Under the pieces are notes generated by a model, which worked only from the letters and a program-made list of their open reading frames with translations, made no database searches and had not been told where the DNA came from. Made by a program: the position numbers and the translations under genes. Source: a virus. From it: DNA of 64,000 nt. The stretch spans positions 62,218-126,217 of IMG/VR virus record IMGVR_UViG_3300005805_000049; one strand, written 5' to 3'. Shown here piece by piece: positions 46,484 through 55,551 of this stretch (positions within the stretch are counted from its first letter, which is position 1; the number at the start of each line of letters is the position of its first letter).

Positions 46484-46755
46484 GTGACATTGTTGATAGA
46501 CTCCAAGCATATGCTGTTGCAAATGATGCATGTGGACTTTACATAGAGGCTAATTGTGTATATGATGCAATTGAAGAAATCCAAAGGCTTCGTGCTGCTC
46601 TAAAAAAGATAGGGTTTGACTATGTAGAATTTTCACATGAAAAGGTTCAGCATCTGTATCTGGAACATATGCAGATTGCTCGTGATGCTTATCAAAAGTC
46701 ATTTCCACCAGATACAGACAAACCTTCCGATTCACCATTAGACGATAATTTTTGA
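46480..46755 (+). CDS. DI..L...EIQRLR family protein
   Basis: MSDIVDRLQ..DAIEEIQRLR. Confidence 0.6.
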   Translation: MSDIVDRLQAYAVANDACGLYIEANCVYDAIEEIQRLRAALKKIGFDYVEFSHEKVQHLYLEHMQIARDAYQKSFPPDTDKPSDSPLDDNF

Positions 46756-46765
46756 GGTTATAACC

Positions 46766-47035
46766 ATGACACACGATGAACTCGTTGAATCTGTAAATAA
46801 TTTGAAGACTGTTATTATCAATATGCAAAAGGATATGATTGAAATCTCTAAAAAGTTAGATAGAATTTCAAATCTTCTATCAACACCAGTTCCAATCAGT
46901 CCTATAATTGGAATTGAATACAAGTGTGCTGTATGTGGTATGGTGTTTAACAATATGCCTATGGGTTATGTTTGCAACAACATCAATTGCCCAACTGGCA
47001 TTAGATGTGTGGTAACTAGCACAGGAACTTCATAA
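46766..47035 (+). CDS. coiled-coil + zinc-finger protein
   Basis: CAVCG..MGYVCNNINCP. Confidence 0.6.
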   Translation: MTHDELVESVNNLKTVIINMQKDMIEISKKLDRISNLLSTPVPISPIIGIEYKCAVCGMVFNNMPMGYVCNNINCPTGIRCVVTSTGTS

Positions 47036-47628
47036 TGAACATTACTGAAAATCAACTGAATACCTGCATGGACTTTAATGTGGCAGACGAATTTAAGTCT
47101 CTGTCTCTATCAGAAGTCCAACAGTTTCAAAAGAAAAATTGTCTGCCATATTCAATTGCCCTTCTCAATCTAAAAGGTGGGTTGAATATTGGTAATATCA
47201 TTCGTTCTGCTGTTATATTTGGTGCAGAACGAGTGTATATCATTGGTAAGAAAAGATTTGACCGTCGTAGTTGTGTGGGGGCTCAAAATTACGTTGATTT
47301 GAAGTTCATTGAAAAAGACGTTGACGACCAAAAGCATCAGCAACAAATCCTTGACACCATCTTTTGCGATGGTTATACTCCATCGTTTATCGAGCAATAC
47401 GGTACAGACATTAACTGTGCAAACTTCTACTATTCACCAAAGCAATGTCTTGTTTTTGGCGAAGAGTCTTGTGGAATCCCACAGTCGATGATGATGCACA
47501 ACGATTTGTATGGTGGAGAAATTTTCTCTATTCCTCAAGTTGGCGTTCTACGATCATTAAACGTCTCGTCTGCTGCTGCTATTGTTCTAAACAAAGTGGC
47601 AATGGATTTGAAATTGATGCCTAAATAA
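47035..47628 (+). CDS. SpoU/TrmH-family RNA 2'-O-methyltransferase
   Basis: NIGNIIRSA, LVFGEESCGI, IPQVGVLRSLNVSSAA. Confidence 0.9.
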   Translation: MNITENQLNTCMDFNVADEFKSLSLSEVQQFQKKNCLPYSIALLNLKGGLNIGNIIRSAVIFGAERVYIIGKKRFDRRSCVGAQNYVDLKFIEKDVDDQKHQQQILDTIFCDGYTPSFIEQYGTDINCANFYYSPKQCLVFGEESCGIPQSMMMHNDLYGGEIFSIPQVGVLRSLNVSSAAAIVLNKVAMDLKLMPK

Positions 47629-47634
47629 CAAGCT

Positions 47635-47708
47635 GCAGGGTTGGTATATTGATAGTGCCTCGGCCTTCCAAGCCGATGATACGGGTTTGATTCCCGTACC
47701 CTGCTCCA
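47635..47708 (+). tRNA. tRNA-Gly(TCC), non-canonical elbow
   Basis: GCAGGGT/ACCCTGC, loop CTTCCAA, CCA; D-loop GA in place of GG, T-loop TTTGATT. Confidence 0.88.
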
Positions 47709-47711
47709 ACT

Positions 47712-47748
47712 TATAAATACTCCTATTGGAAACAAAACTCAATAGGAG
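47712..47748 (+). promoter_or_regulatory. late promoter plus SD-sequestering hairpin
   Basis: TATAAATA 47712-47719; CTCCTATTG/CAATAGGAG stem hides AGGAG. Confidence 0.8.
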
Positions 47749-47754
47749 AATCCA

Positions 47755-48291
47755 GTGTTCTATCAACTTTTTGTGATTATGTTGGCTATAATAATTGGCA
47801 GTTCGACTACTGCCTTTGCCGACGTATATTTTGATAATGGCAATTTAGTAGTTACAGAATCTTCTTCCAATAATGACGACGATAAGCCTGTTCGTCGATC
47901 GCGGTCAAAAAAGCCAACAAAAGCCTACAAACCCCGCCCTGCCCCATCAATAAAATCGATCAAATCTTTCTATCCAACTTCTCGAAGCCATTTGATTAGA
48001 TGGAAAGGCCATCGAATGCCTGCAGTTGTTGCCGAAAAATTGATGGAAGTAGAAAGAACTTTTGGCCCAATTACAATCATCTCTAGTTGCCGTCCCGGTG
48101 CAACTGTTAAGAATTCAGGCAGACCTTCGATGCACAGCTACTGCCGAGCTATCGACTTCAATCCTCCTCGTGGTAAATATTCCCAAGTAGCCAATTTCCT
48201 CAAATCAACTTGGTCTGGGGGTGTGGGAACATATTCCGGGTGTTTCAACCATATACATATAGATGACAACCGTGGCCGATGGCACAATTAA
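47755..48291 (+). CDS. peptidase M15-family peptidoglycan hydrolase with signal/anchor
   Basis: SCR..SMHSYCRAIDF..HIHID zinc motif; hydrophobic N-terminus. Confidence 0.82.
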   Translation: MFYQLFVIMLAIIIGSSTTAFADVYFDNGNLVVTESSSNNDDDKPVRRSRSKKPTKAYKPRPAPSIKSIKSFYPTSRSHLIRWKGHRMPAVVAEKLMEVERTFGPITIISSCRPGATVKNSGRPSMHSYCRAIDFNPPRGKYSQVANFLKSTWSGGVGTYSGCFNHIHIDDNRGRWHN

Positions 48292-48302
48292 AGGAGTGTT
48301 AA

Positions 48303-49244
48303 ATGACACATTCAGCTTATAAATTATTTCTGATTATAATGGCGTTTATTTATGCAACGATTGGTGTTGTATGGTTAATCGTCCCATCAAAGAACCAAAT
48401 TGCCGAAAAGCTTGTTATTCAAGCTGTAGAGCAAAAAACCGAACAAGTTAAACTGCAAGCAAAGCAAAAAGTGGAGATTGCAATTCGCAATGCAATCGTC
48501 CCAACTGTACCAGTTTCCAAGCCAATCACATCATGGCTATATTATATCAAAGATGTTGATGTCGACAAGGTAGTTGAAGCAAAAGTTGACATGGTTGTGA
48601 TAGATTTAGAGACAAAAACAGCTCCAATTACCAAAGTTCAGGTACAGAAGCTAAAAGACTCTGGAAAGGTAGTTATTGCGTATCTATCGCTGGGAGAAGC
48701 AGAAGACTATCGTGGTTATTGGGACGAACAGTGGAAACCCGGCAATCCTGAATGGTTAGGTAAGCAATCGACTGTATGGAAGGGCAACTACGTTGTTAAA
48801 GACCTGATGTCCAAGCAATGGACAGAAGTTTCCAAGGCGCTAATCAGCCAGGCTAAGCAGTTGGGCTTCGATGGAATCGTTGTTGCTGGTGTAAATGGCA
48901 CTAATGGTCAAGCGGATCTTTATCTAACCAGAGTTGCTGAGTTTGCAAAAAAAGATAACGAAAACTTCAAGGTGTTTGTTCAAGACTATTTGTCCGATCA
49001 ATTGTTTGATAAGATCGACGGTGTAATCAAACAAGGTCTAACATACAATCTATTTGGGATTGCAAATAAAAATGTTACTGACCAAGTTGCTAAATTAAAA
49101 CAGTGGACGGCTCGTAACAAGAAGGTGTTTGTCGTTGAGTTTGTTGATCAAACGAAGTGGCAGATTGCAAACAAGACGATCGTCGACAACCAGTTCCTTG
49201 GATACAATGGTCCTTTGGAATTGAACTCTGTGCAGGCCAAATAA
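48303..49244 (+). CDS. membrane-anchored GH114/PelA-like TIM-barrel glycoside hydrolase homolog
   Basis: N-terminal TM; VIAYLSLGEAEDYRGYW, W.GNY.V, GFDG. Confidence 0.75.
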   Translation: MTHSAYKLFLIIMAFIYATIGVVWLIVPSKNQIAEKLVIQAVEQKTEQVKLQAKQKVEIAIRNAIVPTVPVSKPITSWLYYIKDVDVDKVVEAKVDMVVIDLETKTAPITKVQVQKLKDSGKVVIAYLSLGEAEDYRGYWDEQWKPGNPEWLGKQSTVWKGNYVVKDLMSKQWTEVSKALISQAKQLGFDGIVVAGVNGTNGQADLYLTRVAEFAKKDNENFKVFVQDYLSDQLFDKIDGVIKQGLTYNLFGIANKNVTDQVAKLKQWTARNKKVFVVEFVDQTKWQIANKTIVDNQFLGYNGPLELNSVQAK

Positions 49245-49247
49245 CCG

Positions 49248-49275
49248 TTGACAGCTAAAATAACAGCTGTATAAT
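49248..49275 (+). promoter_or_regulatory. sigma70-type promoter
   Basis: TTGACA-N16-TATAAT. Confidence 0.75.
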
Positions 49276-49318
49276 TGGTATGTAACCACAAAATACTAGT
49301 TACTAATAGGAGAGATAA

Positions 49319-49642
49319 ATGAGTTCAGATGACTGCATCGCAATACTATCAACGAAGATCTATCCGGATTCAAATGCTGTTGAGTATAGAGTAATATGGG
49401 CAACAGCGATAGAGAATTGTCGATTGAGCGATCGTTATATGAAAGCATATTTTGACAAGGCTCCGGTGTTCGAAGATTACAATCAAGCAATTAGTTATGC
49501 GTACTTCCTCGAACACCAATTTGGTCAGACTGAATATGGAGTGACAATTATTACCGACAAAGACGACAAGACATGGGATGAAATATATTACGAGAAGCGG
49601 TTTGAGAAATCCAAGCAGAAGAGAAAGACAACGAAAAAATGA
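49319..49642 (+). CDS. hypothetical protein
   Basis: AGGAG RBS; EYRV..TEYGV. Confidence 0.65.
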   Translation: MSSDDCIAILSTKIYPDSNAVEYRVIWATAIENCRLSDRYMKAYFDKAPVFEDYNQAISYAYFLEHQFGQTEYGVTIITDKDDKTWDEIYYEKRFEKSKQKRKTTKK

Positions 49643-49857
49643 ACATTGAAATCTATACAAGAGATGGTTGTACATTTTGTGAGATGGCCAAGAAACATCT
49701 TCAGTTGAAGCAATTGAATTATACCGAGTATAAGATTGGCGTTGATGTTACTCGTGACATGGTTGTAGAAACGTTTCCCGCAGTTAAAACATTACCAATC
49801 ATTACAATTGACGGCAAGTATATTTGTGGTCATCAACAATTAGTGGAAATGATCTAA
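49639..49857 (+). CDS. glutaredoxin (NrdC-like)
   Basis: CTFC, TLPIITIDGKYICG. Confidence 0.9.
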   Translation: MNIEIYTRDGCTFCEMAKKHLQLKQLNYTEYKIGVDVTRDMVVETFPAVKTLPIITIDGKYICGHQQLVEMI

Positions 49858-50501
49858 TGAGTTATCAGTTATTAGTTGAACAACGAAATGTTGAAGTGGA
49901 TGGCGTTTCTAATTGGACCTGGCCAAAGTCTGATCAAGGTGCTTTCGGTTCTGCAAAAGATGGTCCAATGCGTGATTGGTTAGAAGGGCACAAGAATAAG
50001 TATTTCACACACGTCAAACAGTTTGATACAATTGTTACAGCCGGCGCTAATTGTGGAATGTATACTAGATTCTATAGTCAGCTATTCAAACATGTATATG
50101 CATTTGAACCAGATCCATTGAATTTCCATTGCATGGTTAACAACAACCAATTCGATAATGTGATTAAGTTCAATTGCGCACTTGGTGATAAAAATGGAAC
50201 AGTTGGTTTAAACAATTCTAGTAAGAGTAATGTTGGAACTCATTCGATTAAATCAGACATTGATTCGAAGTTATACATTCAAATGCTGACAATTGATAGT
50301 TTGAATCTTGAAGCGTTAGATTGTATCCAGTTAGACGTTGAAGGATATGAATTGCCGTGCATTAACGGTGCATTACAATCAATTGCTCGGTTTAAGCCGG
50401 TTATCATTACTGAGAAGAAACAAGATGAACAGTTCTTACAATCGTTAGGTTATAAATATCAAGACCAATCATTTAGCGATTTTATTTACATTCCAATTTG
50501 A
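49857..50501 (+). CDS. FkbM-family methyltransferase
   Basis: AGANCGMY, YAFEPDP.NF, IQLDVEGYE. Confidence 0.88.
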   Translation: MSYQLLVEQRNVEVDGVSNWTWPKSDQGAFGSAKDGPMRDWLEGHKNKYFTHVKQFDTIVTAGANCGMYTRFYSQLFKHVYAFEPDPLNFHCMVNNNQFDNVIKFNCALGDKNGTVGLNNSSKSNVGTHSIKSDIDSKLYIQMLTIDSLNLEALDCIQLDVEGYELPCINGALQSIARFKPVIITEKKQDEQFLQSLGYKYQDQSFSDFIYIPI

Positions 50502-50510
50502 GGAGAGACA

Positions 50511-51527
50511 ATGCATATTATCGATGGATTGCTTGAAAGAAGTGATATTACAAAAAATGCAAAAGGTGGTTCGGAATACGTTTCGGAGAAGCTAGTTGAA
50601 TATCTGGGCGATAAGCTAGTTGGATTTCAGGTAGTTGTTTCTCGATTAAAGTTTCCTCTAAGAGATGATCGAATCAGAATCTTTTATGCGCATGACCTTC
50701 CCGAAGATCCAGAATCTCACCATCTAGCAAATGAAGGATGGAAACAATATCACCGAATCGTATTCTGTTCTCATTGGCAACAGCAGCAGTATATTGAAAG
50801 ATATTCGATTCCCTGGTCAAGAACAATTGTATTGAAAAATGCAATTGAACCAATTGCAGTCGATCTTTCTAAAAAACTAGATCGTCAAAACAACAAAATC
50901 AATATCGTTTATCATACAACTCCCCATCGAGGTTTAGAATTGCTGGTTCCTGTTTTCGAGAAACTAGCGGAAAAGTATGATAACATTCATTTACACGTAT
51001 TCTCTTCGTTTCAGATTTATGGATGGGAACAAAGAGATCAGCCATATCAAAAACTATTTAATCGAATCAATGACCATACACAAATGAGTTATTATGGGTA
51101 TTGTCCAAACGAGAAGCTAAGAGAATATCTAAAGGATATGGATATTTTTGCTTATCCATCTATCTGGAAAGAAACCTCTTGCATTTCATTAATGGAAGCA
51201 ATGTCTGCTGGATTAGCATGTGTTCATCCAAATCTTGGAGCATTATACGAAACATCATCCAATTGGACGTTTATGTATAATTGGATTGAAACTCCAAATG
51301 ATCATGCTCAGTTCTTTTATAATTTCCTTGATGGGGTAATTAACGTAGTAATTAATAACACCGATCAATTCAAAAACAATATCATTAATCAGAAGAACTT
51401 TATTGATGGTTATTATAATTGGCCTCATCGAATTGAAGAGTGGTCAGATTTTCTAGATTCTATTCGTAGTTTACCAACCCAAATAGAACAACCAACAACA
51501 GAATATTTTTCATATAAAACACTATGA
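50511..51527 (+). CDS. GT-B glycosyltransferase (GT4-like)
   Basis: GGSE, PHRGL, YPSIWKETSCISLMEAM..GALYET. Confidence 0.88.
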   Translation: MHIIDGLLERSDITKNAKGGSEYVSEKLVEYLGDKLVGFQVVVSRLKFPLRDDRIRIFYAHDLPEDPESHHLANEGWKQYHRIVFCSHWQQQQYIERYSIPWSRTIVLKNAIEPIAVDLSKKLDRQNNKINIVYHTTPHRGLELLVPVFEKLAEKYDNIHLHVFSSFQIYGWEQRDQPYQKLFNRINDHTQMSYYGYCPNEKLREYLKDMDIFAYPSIWKETSCISLMEAMSAGLACVHPNLGALYETSSNWTFMYNWIETPNDHAQFFYNFLDGVINVVINNTDQFKNNIINQKNFIDGYYNWPHRIEEWSDFLDSIRSLPTQIEQPTTEYFSYKTL

Positions 51528-51576
51528 AAACGCTGTTGACAGTTTTATCTATTGGTAGTAAATAATAGACAACAAA

Positions 51577-51660
51577 GCGGATCTGGCGAAATGGTAGACG
51601 CAGAACACTTAAAATGTTCCGACTTCGGTCGTATCGGTTCGAGTCCGATGTTCCGCACCA
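51577..51660 (+). tRNA. tRNA-Leu(TAA)
   Basis: GCGGATC/GTTCCGC, loop CTTAAAA, variable arm GAC-TTCG-GTC, CCA. Confidence 0.92.
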
Positions 51661-51752
51661 ACCATTTGATTTTTCAAAGAAAAAAACCTGTTGCCTTATT
51701 ACAACAAAGGTGATATGATACTATCAATGTCAAGCAACCACGGGATGCTCTA

Positions 51753-52775
51753 ATGGCACGCCGCCCTTCTATCGAGCACACGGTGTATGGAGATGAGCCG
51801 ACGTTCAACGGTCCGGTTGACCGTCTTGCTCTGATTCATGCTTTCAACTGGTATAACCACTTTGGCGATGTTAAGGAAGATCGCCAGTGGGTGATTAAGT
51901 ATATGAAAGCAAATGGCTATACCGCAAGCCAGATCAAAACGTATACTTCCAACAACTCGAAAACCACTCAGCATTTCTGCAATGTTGCCCGTATGCTGTT
52001 GCGTGGTGCTCAGTTTGAAAACAAGCTGGATCAGCATATTCAGCAGGTAATCGACACGGCACCGAAGCAGCAAGCTGCTGCTGTCAAGCCTGTTGAAAAC
52101 CAGTTGATTGCCGACGTTGATGACGTTGTCGATCGGTTCTGTCAAACGTATAAGCCTGCCGAACTGAATCTGCAGCTGGATAAGTACAACCGTGCTCAGA
52201 TTCAGCCGGCAATCGTTTATTACACTAATCTGCTAGAAGAGTTGAAGCTGGTCAAGACTGACGAGCAGATCAAGCAGGCTTATAGCCACCTGAGCGCGAA
52301 GCAGATTCGTAACTACGTTGCGTTTGTTCAGCAGATTGTCGATCTTCTGCAGGCAAAGCCAACCAAGCGAGTTGTTGTTCGTAAACCTCGTAAGAAGAAG
52401 CAGAAGACGGCGAAGCAAGTGACTGCAAAGGTCAAGTGCTTGCAGCACTCAAAAAAGGTCAACTGCACGTCGATTGACCGCACTCAAATTGTTGGCAATT
52501 CGGTGTTGTATACATACAACGAGACGTTTAATAAGATCACTGTATATCAGACAGCTGATGGACGGCCGTTAGAGATTAAGGGGTCGACGATCACCAACTT
52601 TGATCCGGCCAAGTCGTTCACCAAGCGAATCCGTAAGGCTGCAGAAGTGCTTCCGAAAGTGCTGAGCGAGCCACGTAAGCGTTTGGAAGTACTGATCAAG
52701 CAGATCAAGGCAAAGCACGACCAACCGACCGGTCGTATCACCAACAAAACGCTGTTGCTAAGGACATTTAAATGA
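51753..52775 (+). CDS. conserved T4-like hypothetical protein
   Basis: AFNWYN..KPRKKK..IKGSTI..TGRITNKTLLLR; own sigma70-like promoter. Confidence 0.75.
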   Translation: MARRPSIEHTVYGDEPTFNGPVDRLALIHAFNWYNHFGDVKEDRQWVIKYMKANGYTASQIKTYTSNNSKTTQHFCNVARMLLRGAQFENKLDQHIQQVIDTAPKQQAAAVKPVENQLIADVDDVVDRFCQTYKPAELNLQLDKYNRAQIQPAIVYYTNLLEELKLVKTDEQIKQAYSHLSAKQIRNYVAFVQQIVDLLQAKPTKRVVVRKPRKKKQKTAKQVTAKVKCLQHSKKVNCTSIDRTQIVGNSVLYTYNETFNKITVYQTADGRPLEIKGSTITNFDPAKSFTKRIRKAAEVLPKVLSEPRKRLEVLIKQIKAKHDQPTGRITNKTLLLRTFK

Positions 52776-53173
52776 CAGATTCAAACGTAATTAAATACCC
52801 AAAACAATTCACTCCAAACCTCAATGCGCCAACATTTGAACAGGTACAAGAAAGTTTAGAACTGCAACGAATTAATCAAATCGTTGACGTTACCAGTGCA
52901 TTGGCGGATGAAGTGGTGCAGATGTTAATCCAACTGGGATACGATTTCCCAGTTGGAACGAAAGCAGAGAAAGACTTCTTTCTGGTAATCGAATCGATTC
53001 GATCGATGATATGTAAGTACCACGACGAGGAACATGCATTTCATAATCTAGCCGAGCATAGTTTTGAAGTGCTAGATGATGATGGGTCGTTTGTCTTTCT
53101 TGCTCCGAAGATTAAACTTGCCGCTACAACAAATGAAATGGAACCTAATCCCGATGATACTGTTGGATGTTAA
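52772..53173 (+). CDS. hypothetical protein
   Basis: SNVIKYP N-terminus; upstream of rnh. Confidence 0.65.
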   Translation: MTDSNVIKYPKQFTPNLNAPTFEQVQESLELQRINQIVDVTSALADEVVQMLIQLGYDFPVGTKAEKDFFLVIESIRSMICKYHDEEHAFHNLAEHSFEVLDDDGSFVFLAPKIKLAATTNEMEPNPDDTVGC

Positions 53174-53990
53174 TCAAGTAGTTTATGCTTCTTTTTTTGC
53201 TTCAATTGGTAAGCATACGAACATTACAATTGAGCAGTCACTAATTCGACATATGGTACTTAATGTAATCAGAGCCGTTAATGTTAAGTTTCGTAATCAG
53301 TACGGCCAGATGATCATCTGTAACGATTCGAAACGCAATTGGCGAAAGAACATATTTCCGTTTTATAAAGCAGCTCGAAAGAAGTCTCGTGAGCAATCTG
53401 AGTTGGACTGGACTGCTATTTTTGAATCGATGAATACAATCAAGCAAGAACTGAAGACTGTATTTCCATACAAGTTCATCGAAGTTGAAATGGCTGAGGC
53501 TGATGATATTATTGGAACAATTTGCAACACTGTATTCGACCAACCAATCCTGATTGTATCCGGTGATAAGGATTATAGGCAGCTACACCGTGCTGGTGTT
53601 AAACAATATGATCCAGTTAATAGCAAAATGATCGACGAAACGTCTCCGCAACAATATCTACATCTTCATATTCTGAAAGGCGATGTTGGAGATGGAATTC
53701 CAAACATTGCATCGCCAGACAATTGTTTCGTGATCAATCAGCGCCAGAAAAAGGTTACTCAGAAGCTGATCGAGCAGTTGACGCCTGATCAAATCGACTC
53801 GAATAATAAATACTATCGTAATTACATTCGGAACAAGACGTTGATTGACTTAACTGAAGTTCCAAATGATATTAAGCAGCAAATTATCGAACAATATAAC
53901 AACAGCAACTCAAAAGACAAATCAAATCTATTGGATTACTTTTCAAAGAATAGATTGAAACAGCTTTGTGAGCAAATAAATGATTTTTAG
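53154..53990 (+). CDS. rnh: T4-type RNase H / 5'-3' exonuclease
   Basis: ILLDVNQ, YKAARKK, EADDIIG, SGDKDY, GDVGDGIPN. Confidence 0.93.
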   Translation: MILLDVNQVVYASFFASIGKHTNITIEQSLIRHMVLNVIRAVNVKFRNQYGQMIICNDSKRNWRKNIFPFYKAARKKSREQSELDWTAIFESMNTIKQELKTVFPYKFIEVEMAEADDIIGTICNTVFDQPILIVSGDKDYRQLHRAGVKQYDPVNSKMIDETSPQQYLHLHILKGDVGDGIPNIASPDNCFVINQRQKKVTQKLIEQLTPDQIDSNNKYYRNYIRNKTLIDLTEVPNDIKQQIIEQYNNSNSKDKSNLLDYFSKNRLKQLCEQINDF

Positions 53991-53999
53991 GAGAGTATT

Positions 54000-54413
54000 A
54001 TGAGATTGATGATGTCAGAAATTCTTGAGCAAGCATCGGAGATTAAGTCAAAGCAACAGCGGATTGATTTTCTTCGTCAGCATTATTCAAAGCAACTTCA
54101 TTTTGTATTAATGCACGTATTTGACCCTCGAATAAAATTTCTTCTACCAGAAACCGATCCTCCATACACTCCAATGCCCACAGGGGAAGGGCAGGGAATG
54201 TTGTATACAGAGGCTCGTAAACTATATCTTTTTCTTGAAGGAGGAAGGCCTGATCTGTCGCAAATGAGACGAGAGACCTTGTTCATTCAATTACTAGAAA
54301 GCATCGATCCCAAAGATGCGAAACTTATTCTTGGTGTCAAGAATAAGAAACTGCCGTATAAGGGAATTACCGAACAACTAATCAAGGAGGCTTTTGGAGA
54401 CTACAATGGGTAA
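54000..54413 (+). CDS. conserved T4-like hypothetical protein
   Basis: FLLPETDPPY..RRETLFIQLLE..DAKL. Confidence 0.75.
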   Translation: MRLMMSEILEQASEIKSKQQRIDFLRQHYSKQLHFVLMHVFDPRIKFLLPETDPPYTPMPTGEGQGMLYTEARKLYLFLEGGRPDLSQMRRETLFIQLLESIDPKDAKLILGVKNKKLPYKGITEQLIKEAFGDYNG

Positions 54414-54585
54414 ATCACACCGTCGAGACGTCAACCATTGGAATGATGATAGCTACGATTTTGATGACTCAGATCGTAAGAAGGTTAAGGACAATATCAA
54501 TCGCCGAAAACTAAAGCGAATGAAGAATGCTCTTCGAGGCAAAGATTGGCAGACGGTTGCTGATTATGGCGATGAGAGATATTGA
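54406..54585 (+). CDS. small hypothetical protein
   Basis: GGAG RBS, MGKSHRR. Confidence 0.55.
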   Translation: MGKSHRRDVNHWNDDSYDFDDSDRKKVKDNINRRKLKRMKNALRGKDWQTVADYGDERY

Positions 54586-54586
54586 A

Positions 54587-54823
54587 ATGCCAACATATAA
54601 GTTTTTCAATCACCAGACTAATGAGGAGTTTGTTGAGTTCATGACAATTTCTGAGCGAGACAAATTGCTAGAAGAAAACCCCCATCTAGAGCAGCTAGTC
54701 CATGGATTTCCTGGAACAGCTGATCCGACTAGATTGGGACTTCGTAAACCAGACGATAACTTTAGAGACGTTTTGAAAACAATTAAATCAAAGCACCGCA
54801 GAAGTACTGTTAACACTTGGTAA
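54587..54823 (+). CDS. FmdB-like small protein
   Basis: MPTYKF..ENPHLEQ..KPDDNFRDVL. Confidence 0.65.
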   Translation: MPTYKFFNHQTNEEFVEFMTISERDKLLEENPHLEQLVHGFPGTADPTRLGLRKPDDNFRDVLKTIKSKHRRSTVNTW

Positions 54824-54831
54824 GAGGTTTA

Positions 54832-55551
54832 ATGCAAACACAAAAAAGGCTAACTAAAAGGCAACGACGAGTATTAAGACAGCAATCCGACACCGTCGAG
54901 AATAAATTCCAACTAAAAAGAATAGTGCCGCTAACTAAAAATCAACAGTTAGCCTTTGATGCTTATGCAGACGACAAAAACTTAATGTTGTATGGTAGTG
55001 CCGGGACTGGAAAGACGTTCTCGGCAATCTATCTAGGGCTAAAGCAAGTTTTTGCGGACCAGTACCAGAAAGTGGTACTGGTCCGTTCGATCGTTCCGTC
55101 TCGAGACATTGGGTTTCTGCCGGGCAGCGAAGAAGAAAAGATTAAAGTGTATGAACTGCCATATCAACAAATCTGTTCAGAATTGTTTGGAAGAGGTGAT
55201 GCTTACGACCTATTGAAGTTCAAACAAAAGATCGAGTTCATTTCAACGTCATTCATTCGCGGCGTTACTATTCAAAATAGTGTCGTGGTGGTCGACGAAA
55301 TTCAGAACATGGCGTGGGGAGAATTATCAACTATTATGACACGAATTGGCGATAACTGTCGGGTAATTCTATGTGGGGATACCAAACAGACTGATTTGAG
55401 TGAACGCAATGGAAAAGGCGATCTGTTGAAGTTAATTCGAGTTTGTCAGAACATGCAGACGTTCGAATTCATTCAAATGACTCGAAACGACATCGTCCGT
55501 TCGGGGTTTGTTAAGCAATTTATTATCGAATGTGAAAATTTAGGATATTGA
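54832..55551 (+). CDS. phoH: PhoH-family ATPase
   Basis: GSAGTGKT, IGFLPG, FIRG.T, DEIQN, TRIG, GD..Q.D, DIVRSG. Confidence 0.95.
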   Translation: MQTQKRLTKRQRRVLRQQSDTVENKFQLKRIVPLTKNQQLAFDAYADDKNLMLYGSAGTGKTFSAIYLGLKQVFADQYQKVVLVRSIVPSRDIGFLPGSEEEKIKVYELPYQQICSELFGRGDAYDLLKFKQKIEFISTSFIRGVTIQNSVVVVDEIQNMAWGELSTIMTRIGDNCRVILCGDTKQTDLSERNGKGDLLKLIRVCQNMQTFEFIQMTRNDIVRSGFVKQFIIECENLGY

